From: Woeseiaceae bacterium | Lineage (GTDB): Bacteria; Pseudomonadota; Gammaproteobacteria; Steroidobacterales; Woeseiaceae | Assembly: GCA_021773115.1 (NCBI GenBank) | Contig: JAJFKS010000006.1 | Location: forward strand, 375,266-439,265 | Direction of reading: 5' to 3' | Length of the DNA: 64,000 bases | The notes under the pieces: model-generated | Database searches by the model: none | What the model was told of the DNA's origin: nothing | Seen by the model: the letters and a program-made list of their open reading frames with translations, nothing else | In this document: in pieces, positions 57,648 to 64,000 of the stretch | Numbering within the stretch: position 1 is the first letter of the stretch | Layout: each line of letters opens with the position of its first letter | Position numbers and translations under genes: made by a program

Positions 57648-58226
57648 ATGCAACCCCTGCCCCCAAGCGACTGGCATCCGTCCCTGCAGCACATTATTGA
57701 TGATATGCAAGGTGAGCCACTCAACATTCATAGCCTGCTCGCCAATCACCCGGCCTTGCTCAACGCCTGGTGGAATTATCGCAATTACACAGTCCTTGGC
57801 GGCGCGCTGGAAAGTCGCGAAACCGAAATCGTCATTCTTCGCGTTGCGGTGCAACTGCGCGCCTGGTACGAGTGGGCCGCACACGTTGATCGCGGCCTCT
57901 CGGCAGGACTAACACTGGCAGAAATCGAACGCGTCGCGGCGGGGCCTGCAGCAAAAGGCTGGCGTGCCAGTGATGCTGCGCTGCTCGCCGCTGTCGATGC
58001 ACTGATTGCACAGCATGGCCTTCCCGAAGCATTGCGCGTTGAGCTGCAGCAGCACTTTTCCGATCACCAGATCATGGATATCATTTCGATACAGGGCATG
58101 TACGTGACGCTTGCCTGCATGATTGGTACCTGGGATATTCCGATCGAAGACGAGCTGACACAGCGACTGCCGCCAACTGTCACGCAAGAATCGTTTCAGG
58201 ACCTGTTAGCGGCGGACTGTCACTGA
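57648..58226 (+). CDS. carboxymuconolactone decarboxylase (AhpD-like) family protein
   Basis: 192 aa. The all-helical CMD-like pattern (RETEIVILRVAVQLRAWYEWAAHV) is present. No CxxC motif. Confidence 0.6.
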   Translation: MQPLPPSDWHPSLQHIIDDMQGEPLNIHSLLANHPALLNAWWNYRNYTVLGGALESRETEIVILRVAVQLRAWYEWAAHVDRGLSAGLTLAEIERVAAGPAAKGWRASDAALLAAVDALIAQHGLPEALRVELQQHFSDHQIMDIISIQGMYVTLACMIGTWDIPIEDELTQRLPPTVTQESFQDLLAADCH

Positions 58227-59237
58227 TTTGATTTGTGCATAGACCTTGTCGCCGGCTTGCAAACCTAGCGCCTCAGTTGACCGCCGCGTAATCCTGGCGA
58301 TCAGGTAGTCGTTGCCCAGTTGCAATTTGACGAGGTCTGTCGCCGTATTCTCAGCATGGATCGCGACAATCGAACAAGGCAGAATATTCAGAATCGTACT
58401 CGACTCCGCTTTCGCACGACTCAGGCTGATGTCACTGGCGTTGACTCGTAAGCGCACCTTATCCGAGCGAAAGAATCCTGGCGCCCAAAACCGTCCGCCC
58501 GAAAACTCAAACGCCGTCAGGTCGAACGCCTTGTCATATTCAATTTTCCTGGCATCCAGAACAGCACCCGCGTTGCGACCGCTCAACTGTGGCAAATCGG
58601 TTCGCGAAAGTACTTGCTGCAACTCACCTTCGGCGACAAGCGCACCATTGTCGAGTATCAGCAGATGATCACTAAGGCGACAGATCTCATCGATGTTGTG
58701 GCTGACATAAACAATTGGTACCGAGGTTTCGGCATGCAGGCGATCCAGGTACGGCAAGACATCATTACGACGTCGTTCGTCCAGCGCCGAGAGTGGCTCG
58801 TCCATCAGGATCAGCCTGGGTGACTGGCAAAGGACTCGTGCAATGGAAACGCGTTGCGCCTCACCACCGGACAAACCTGCCGTGGGCCGATCCAGCAACG
58901 CGCCTATTTCCAGCAATGATGCAACATCATCGACAGAAACCCCGGATGCGACATTGCGACGCATGCCAAATTCGATATTCTTGCGCACGTTCAAGTGCGC
59001 AAACAATTGTGGCTCCTGAAAAACGTAGCCAATACGCCGCTTGTGCACGGCGACGCTGTCGTGAGGGGCTGAGCGCTCCAGCCCGGCGATACAACGCAAG
59101 AGCGTAGTCTTGCCTGAACCCGACTCTCCAAAAACTCCAGTGATGCCTCGATCCGGAATAGCCGCCTCAACATCGAGTGTAAATTCCCCGAGAGAAACCC
59201 TGTGCTTGATGGCGATCCCGCTCATCGTCTGTGCCAC
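58206..59237 (-). CDS. modC: molybdate ABC transporter ATP-binding protein
   Basis: Walker A GESGSGKTT, signature LSGGEAQRVSIARVL, and a C-terminal TOBE/Mop-like domain. It follows modA and modB. Confidence 0.85.
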   Translation of the reverse strand: MAQTMSGIAIKHRVSLGEFTLDVEAAIPDRGITGVFGESGSGKTTLLRCIAGLERSAPHDSVAVHKRRIGYVFQEPQLFAHLNVRKNIEFGMRRNVASGVSVDDVASLLEIGALLDRPTAGLSGGEAQRVSIARVLCQSPRLILMDEPLSALDERRRNDVLPYLDRLHAETSVPIVYVSHNIDEICRLSDHLLILDNGALVAEGELQQVLSRTDLPQLSGRNAGAVLDARKIEYDKAFDLTAFEFSGGRFWAPGFFRSDKVRLRVNASDISLSRAKAESSTILNILPCSIVAIHAENTATDLVKLQLGNDYLIARITRRSTEALGLQAGDKVYAQIKSVTVRR

Positions 59238-59884
59238 CGACGATTGATCACAAACATGGCAAGCAGGCTCGTGAAAGCGAACGCCACCAACACCAGCGAC
59301 AGCCGATGCGCGGCGCTGTAGTTCAGTGTTTCAACATGATCAAATATCGCGATGGATACGACACGAGTTTCGCCCGGTATGTTGCCGCCGACCATCAGTA
59401 CCACGCCAAATTCTCCCAGCGTATGCGCGAAGCTCAGGACGGCGGCGCTTACGAAACCACGGAACGACAGCGGCACTGCCACAGATAAGAACGCATCCAG
59501 TTTTGATGCGCCGAGCGTCCAGGCCGCTTCGATGTTTTTACTCGGTACCGCCTCGAACGCGGATTGCATAGGTTGAATCGCGAACGGCAGGCTGTAAATA
59601 CAGGACGCGATGACCAGACCTGCGAACGAGAATGTCAGGGTCTCACCTGTGACTTGCACCCACCACTCGCCAATCGCGCCATACGGACCGAGCACAACGA
59701 GCAAGTAGAAACCCAATACGGTCGGCGGCAAAACGATGGGCATCGCAACGATAGCCTGAACGACCGGTTGCCATCTGGAACGTGTCTGCGATAGCCACCA
59801 GGCCAGGGGAGCACCGAATACAATGAGTATCAGGCTTGTCACCAACGCGAGTTTTGCCGACAGAACGAGCGGGCCAAGATCCAT
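59222..59884 (-). CDS. modB: molybdate ABC transporter permease
   Basis: Start at Met11 (ATG 59882-59884), 1 nt after the modA stop. 5-6 TM and an EAA-like loop (NIEAAWTLGASKLDAFLSVAVPL). Confidence 0.85.
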   Translation of the reverse strand: MDLGPLVLSAKLALVTSLILIVFGAPLAWWLSQTRSRWQPVVQAIVAMPIVLPPTVLGFYLLVVLGPYGAIGEWWVQVTGETLTFSFAGLVIASCIYSLPFAIQPMQSAFEAVPSKNIEAAWTLGASKLDAFLSVAVPLSFRGFVSAAVLSFAHTLGEFGVVLMVGGNIPGETRVVSIAIFDHVETLNYSAAHRLSLVLVAFAFTSLLAMFVINRRWHRR

Positions 59885-59885
59885 A

Positions 59886-60638
59886 TCAGTAACCGTGCTC
59901 ACGGAGCAGTTCAATCATTGGCGGTGACAGAATAAAGTGCAGAAACTGCTGCGCTTCGGCAGGTCGCTTCGACTTTGTCAGTACCACCCCGGCCTGGCGT
60001 ACACTGGCCTCCGTTGTATACGTTTCGGACAAGGCCACCAGGCAAGTCGCCGTGAAAGCCTGGTTTGCGAAGGCCTGCGACGCGGCCACCAGGCCGAAAG
60101 CCGCATTCCGCGTCGCGACGAACTGAAATGCCTGCGCGATGTTTTCGCCGTAGACCAGGCTGTCGGAAACCTGGTCCCAGAGCCCTGCTGCCTGCAACAC
60201 ACGCTTTGCGGCGAGTCCATAGGGGGCCGTTTCCGGATTTGCGATCGCGAGCCGTGAATAATTTCCCGCGATAAATTCATCGTAACAACTCTCTTTTTCA
60301 AATTGCGGATCGTTCGACCAGAGAATCAGGTGACCGGTCGCATAAATAGCGAAAGTGCTTGCGACGGCGAGCCCGTTGTCAACCAACAGGCGCGGTCGCT
60401 CGGTATCCGCCGCAAGGTAAACGTCGTACGGGGCACCGTTGACGATCTGCGCATACAGATGACCGGTCGAGCCCGATGTGATGCGGACCGGAATATCGGT
60501 CGCGTGCGTAAACGCCGTCGCTACGTCTCTTGCTGTCGCCTGAAAATTGCTCGCGACCGCAACCGTCAAGCCCTCTGTCGCATTGGCACTCATCGCGGCC
60601 ATACCCAATAACAGCGAGACCATACGAAGAGTTGTCAC
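59886..60638 (-). CDS. modA: molybdate ABC transporter periplasmic substrate-binding protein
   Basis: Signal peptide ...LLLGMAAMSANA, about 250 aa, ModA-like blocks (VAVASNF, GSTGHLYAQIVNGAPYDVYLAAD). Start is GTG at 60638 or ATG at 60623. Confidence 0.8.
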   Translation of the reverse strand: MTTLRMVSLLLGMAAMSANATEGLTVAVASNFQATARDVATAFTHATDIPVRITSGSTGHLYAQIVNGAPYDVYLAADTERPRLLVDNGLAVASTFAIYATGHLILWSNDPQFEKESCYDEFIAGNYSRLAIANPETAPYGLAAKRVLQAAGLWDQVSDSLVYGENIAQAFQFVATRNAAFGLVAASQAFANQAFTATCLVALSETYTTEASVRQAGVVLTKSKRPAEAQQFLHFILSPPMIELLREHGY

Positions 60639-60646
60639 GACTGGTT

Positions 60647-62818
60647 CTAGCCGGCGAGTTGTGCTTTTTTCTTGCGGCGATACTGATGCAATAGCGGCTC
60701 AGTGTAGCCACTCGGCTGATCAACCCCTTCAAAGACCAGCGCACAGGCTGCCTGAAAGGCGATGCTGCTCGTAAAGTCGCCACTCATCGGCGTATAGAAT
60801 GTGTCGTCGGCATTTTGCTTGTCGACGATCTCTGCCATTCGCTGCAGCGTTTCGAGCACCTGCTTTTTAGTCGTCACTTTGTGTAGCAACCAGTTCGCGA
60901 TGTGCTGACTCGATATCCGAAGAGTCGCGCGGTCTTCCATCAGGCCAACATCGTCAATATCGGGTACTTTGGAACAACCAACACCCTGATCGATCCAGCG
61001 CACAACGTAGCCGAGAATTCCCTGTGCATTATTATCCAATTCCTTTTGGATCATCTCCGCCGTCAGTTTTTCCGTCGAGATCAGCGGCGGCGTCAGTATG
61101 TCATCGAGACTGGCCAGTTTGCGCTTCGCGAGTTTCTTCTGCACTTTGCGAACATCGACAGCGTGATAGTGCATAGCATGGAGCGTTGCGGCAGTTGGTG
61201 ATGGTACCCAGGCGCAATTGGCGCCGGCCTTCGGATGCGCCTGTTTTGTCTCGACCATCTGGCGCATTTCATCCGGTTTCGGCCACATGCCTTTGCCGAT
61301 CTGCGCCTTACCCGGCAGTCCGCAGCGGATTCCAATATCGACATTCCAGTCTTCGTAAGCTGTAATCCACGGCTCACGTTTGATCGCCTCTTTTGGCAGC
61401 ACCGGTCCCGCTTGCATACTGGTATGAATTTCATCACCGGTGCGGTCGAGAAAACCCGTATTAATAAAAACAACGCGGTTTTTTGCGGCACCAATACAGG
61501 CTGGAAGATTGACTGTCGTGCGGCGCTCTTCATCCATGATGCCGACTTTGATCGTATCGGCCTGCAGCTCAAACAACTGCTCAACGCGTCCGAACAACGT
61601 GTCAGTAAACGCAACCTCATCGGGGCCGTGCATTTTCGGCTTGACGATGTAAATGCTACCGGCCCGGCTGTTAGCCTGCAGTCCATCCCGGCGTCGATCT
61701 GTCATCGCACACGCGGTCGTCATGATCGCGTCTAGAATGCCTTCGAAGACTTCGTTGCCATCGCGATCGAGAACGACGTCGGTCGTCATCAGGTGCCCGA
61801 CATTCCGCACCAACAACAGACTGCGTCCGGACAACACCAACGCTTCGCCGTCGGCACCCTTGTAGATGCGATCTTTCGCGAGCCTGCGCGTTGACGGCTT
61901 ACCACCTTTCGAAAATACGGCTTCGAGATCGCCCTGCATCAGGCCCAGCCAGTTTCGATAGACGTCGACCTTGTCTGCCGCGTCGACCGCTGCGACCGAA
62001 TCCTCGCAATCCTGAATCGTCGTCACTGCCGATTCCAGGATCACATCCGCAACATTGGCGGTCGCGCCCCTGCCAATCGGGTGGTCGGGATCAATCAGGA
62101 TCTCAATGTGCAAGCCATTGTTTTTAAATAAATAACGACAGCTAGTGTCGCTGTCGGCGTAGCCGCAAAATTGCGAGGAATTGGCCAGGCCGCGTGTCTC
62201 ACCACTAGCCAGTGATGCGACAAATCGCAAGCCGTCCCTGGCATGATCCACACCGTAAGCATTGACGTCGGCATGGCTAATGCCGTCGAGTGGCACCGCG
62301 CTATCGAGAAACGCCGTGGCGTGACGAATAACGGCAGCACCGCGAGTTGGATTGTATCCCTCGCCCCGTTCCTGACCGTCGTCATCCGCAATGACGTCAG
62401 TACCGTACAAGGCATCGTACAAACTGCCCCAACGCGCATTTGCTGCGTTGATTGCGAAACGCGCATTGCTGACAGGAACGACCAGTTGCGGCCCGGCAAC
62501 TTCTGCAATCTCGGCGTCGACGTTATTCGTTTCTATGGTTGGAAACTCGTCAGTCGGCTTCAGGTAGCCGATGTTCGTCAGAAATTCGCAATATTCGGCG
62601 TGATCGAAATCACTACCCGGTCGTGCCTTATGCCACTTGTCAATCTTGCTTTGCAGATCTGTCCGAATCTGCAGTAGCTCGCGGTTCGCCGGTGTCAGGT
62701 CATCAATGATCGCCTCGACACCGCTCCAAAAAATGCCCGAATCGAAGCCAATCGCGGGCAGCAATTCATCTTCAACAAAGTGCTGAAATACGGGGTCAAC
62801 GTTAAATTTATGCGCCAT
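60647..62818 (-). CDS. glcB: malate synthase G
   Basis: 723 aa. The N-terminus ([11 protein letters not shown]) and many conserved blocks ([57 protein letters not shown]) match malate synthase G. Confidence 0.95.
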   Translation of the reverse strand: MAHKFNVDPVFQHFVEDELLPAIGFDSGIFWSGVEAIIDDLTPANRELLQIRTDLQSKIDKWHKARPGSDFDHAEYCEFLTNIGYLKPTDEFPTIETNNVDAEIAEVAGPQLVVPVSNARFAINAANARWGSLYDALYGTDVIADDDGQERGEGYNPTRGAAVIRHATAFLDSAVPLDGISHADVNAYGVDHARDGLRFVASLASGETRGLANSSQFCGYADSDTSCRYLFKNNGLHIEILIDPDHPIGRGATANVADVILESAVTTIQDCEDSVAAVDAADKVDVYRNWLGLMQGDLEAVFSKGGKPSTRRLAKDRIYKGADGEALVLSGRSLLLVRNVGHLMTTDVVLDRDGNEVFEGILDAIMTTACAMTDRRRDGLQANSRAGSIYIVKPKMHGPDEVAFTDTLFGRVEQLFELQADTIKVGIMDEERRTTVNLPACIGAAKNRVVFINTGFLDRTGDEIHTSMQAGPVLPKEAIKREPWITAYEDWNVDIGIRCGLPGKAQIGKGMWPKPDEMRQMVETKQAHPKAGANCAWVPSPTAATLHAMHYHAVDVRKVQKKLAKRKLASLDDILTPPLISTEKLTAEMIQKELDNNAQGILGYVVRWIDQGVGCSKVPDIDDVGLMEDRATLRISSQHIANWLLHKVTTKKQVLETLQRMAEIVDKQNADDTFYTPMSGDFTSSIAFQAACALVFEGVDQPSGYTEPLLHQYRRKKKAQLAG

Positions 62819-63063
62819 TATTCGAACACTATTCGAAGCGCGAGATAGGGCGCAAGATTGAAAATAACGACTGCGAACTTAAACTGGCCTATCAGGCGAT
62901 ACATTGTGCGATCCAGGTCCTCGCGACTCATGGACGTGACCAGCGCCTGGCTGCGGTAGACGACATTCGGCATTAACCAGATCGCGAGCACCCAAAACAA
63001 CATCAAGCCAAAGTTGATTACCATGCACCAGCCAAGAACGGCGATTAAGTTGTCGACCGTCAT
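62818..63063 (-). CDS. small hypothetical membrane protein (2-3 TM)
   Basis: 81 aa and hydrophobic. Its stop overlaps the glcB ATG (TAATG), which supports real translation. Confidence 0.5.
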   Translation of the reverse strand: MTVDNLIAVLGWCMVINFGLMLFWVLAIWLMPNVVYRSQALVTSMSREDLDRTMYRLIGQFKFAVVIFNLAPYLALRIVFE

Positions 63064-63121
63064 GTCGAACTCCCATTACTGTGTGACAGGCCTTAGAGTA
63101 TACGATCCAGGCAGAGAGAGG

Positions 63122-63934
63122 CTAATTGGCAAGCGAACGACGGAATTTTCGCATGCCGCCGATCCAGCGATCGTAGTCGCTGCATTTGCGCTGTATATAG
63201 GTGGTGACCGTCGGGTGCGTCAAAATCAGGAAACGGCCTTCAAGTGCTTGCTCAATGATCATGTCGGCAGCCGTCTCCGCTGGCAATATGCCATCGACGT
63301 CATTGCCACGAAATCCGCCTTCTGTTGTGCCTGAGTCGTCCTCGATGCCGATCATCCGCGTCGCAACCGCTTGCGGACAGGCCACCGACACCGCGATGCC
63401 CGAATCGCCATAGTCTATCGCCAGTGATTCGCTGAAGCCGACCGATGCATGTTTGGTCGCCGAATACGCGGCATCGCCAATCTGGCTCAGAAGTCCGGCC
63501 GCCGACGCAATATTGATGAGACGACCGCCGCCGCGCTCAAGCATTTTCGGAATAAGCGCGCGGGCTGCGAATACCTGTGCCATGACGTTGACGTTCCAGC
63601 TCGCGGCCCAGCGGTCGGCAACCGGATTCATACCACCTTCAGCCGAAATCGCACCGCTCTTGCCGTCACCGAATCCAACGCCCGCATTGGAAATAAAGAG
63701 ATCAATCGCACCCACTTCGGCTTCAACCTGATTGATCATCTCGATCATGGCCGCTTCGTCACTCACATCGACTTGGTGTGCAACACCTCCGATCGCGGCG
63801 GCGACCGTTTGCGCCGATTCGCCATCCAGATCGGCGACAACGACCTTCGCACCGTCGCTCGCAAGGCGACGACAAAGCGCCCGCCCGATTCCGTGACCAC
63901 CGCCAGTCACAACCGCTACCGCAATTGAATCCAT
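63122..63934 (-). CDS. SDR family oxidoreductase
   Basis: Start at Met14 (ATG 63932-63934). Motifs VVTGGGHGIGRAL (TGxxxGxG), NAG and YSATKHA (YxxxK). Confidence 0.85.
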   Translation of the reverse strand: MDSIAVAVVTGGGHGIGRALCRRLASDGAKVVVADLDGESAQTVAAAIGGVAHQVDVSDEAAMIEMINQVEAEVGAIDLFISNAGVGFGDGKSGAISAEGGMNPVADRWAASWNVNVMAQVFAARALIPKMLERGGGRLINIASAAGLLSQIGDAAYSATKHASVGFSESLAIDYGDSGIAVSVACPQAVATRMIGIEDDSGTTEGGFRGNDVDGILPAETAADMIIEQALEGRFLILTHPTVTTYIQRKCSDYDRWIGGMRKFRRSLAN

Positions 63935-64000
63935 GTCAAAGCCGGTCCCGAATCGTGTAGTACAACATGCCAAGCACCATACCGGGATAGCGGAGCAGTG

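Overview
This is a gene-dense 64-kb chromosomal segment. I support 58 CDS, 3 hairpin terminators and 1 operator-like site. By eye GC is in the mid-50s %. The protein families (many TonB-dependent receptors, NupC, ExeM/NucH, NCS1, Na+ symporters, surface lipoproteins) suggest a marine heterotrophic gammaproteobacterium, but that is inference. I found no rRNA, tRNA, CRISPR array, transposase, integrase, phage gene or recognisable defence or toxin module.

Layout:
- (i) 1-22.6 kb: an island for scavenging extracellular nucleotides and nucleosides. It holds 2 TonB-dependent receptors, a UshA-like 5'-nucleotidase, an e(P4) class C phosphatase, two NupC paralogs, deoA, deoB, cdd and a nucleoside hydrolase. 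It also holds a complete reductive pyrimidine operon (beta-ureidopropionase, NCS1 permease, dihydropyrimidinase, preT, preA) plus three unexplained passengers: a PHYHD1-like dioxygenase, an exported MtaD-family amidohydrolase and a PaaI thioesterase.
- (ii) 22.7-27.6 kb: a coxMNOP-like haem-copper oxidase operon with a dihaem-c fused subunit II and two subunit III paralogs.
- (iii) 27.8-45.2 kb: an uninterrupted minus-strand run of envelope genes. It contains an ECF sigma operon led by an unknown secreted protein, a Zn-metalloprotease with a Na+ symporter, pssA and an M48-TPR lipoprotein. It also contains a six-gene Lol-like operon, and a parallel-beta-helix lipoprotein / dihaem cytochrome c / small secreted protein triad.
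- (iv) 45.3-64 kb: LysR-azoR-pirin, an ExeM/NucH nuclease, an APC permease, MFS and ABC-2 exporters, an Asp/Glu-racemase with a DcyD/CuyA-family lyase, a GGDEF protein, modABC, glcB and an SDR.

The best candidates for undescribed biology are the Lol-like trafficking operon (36.2-42.3 kb), the beta-helix/dihaem-cytochrome triad (42.4-45.2 kb), the TBDR-linked exported deaminase and PHYHD1-like dioxygenase inside the nucleoside island, and the secreted-protein/ECF operon upstream of the oxidase. None is proven.

All family calls rest on motifs and architecture read by eye. No BLAST or HMM search could be run.
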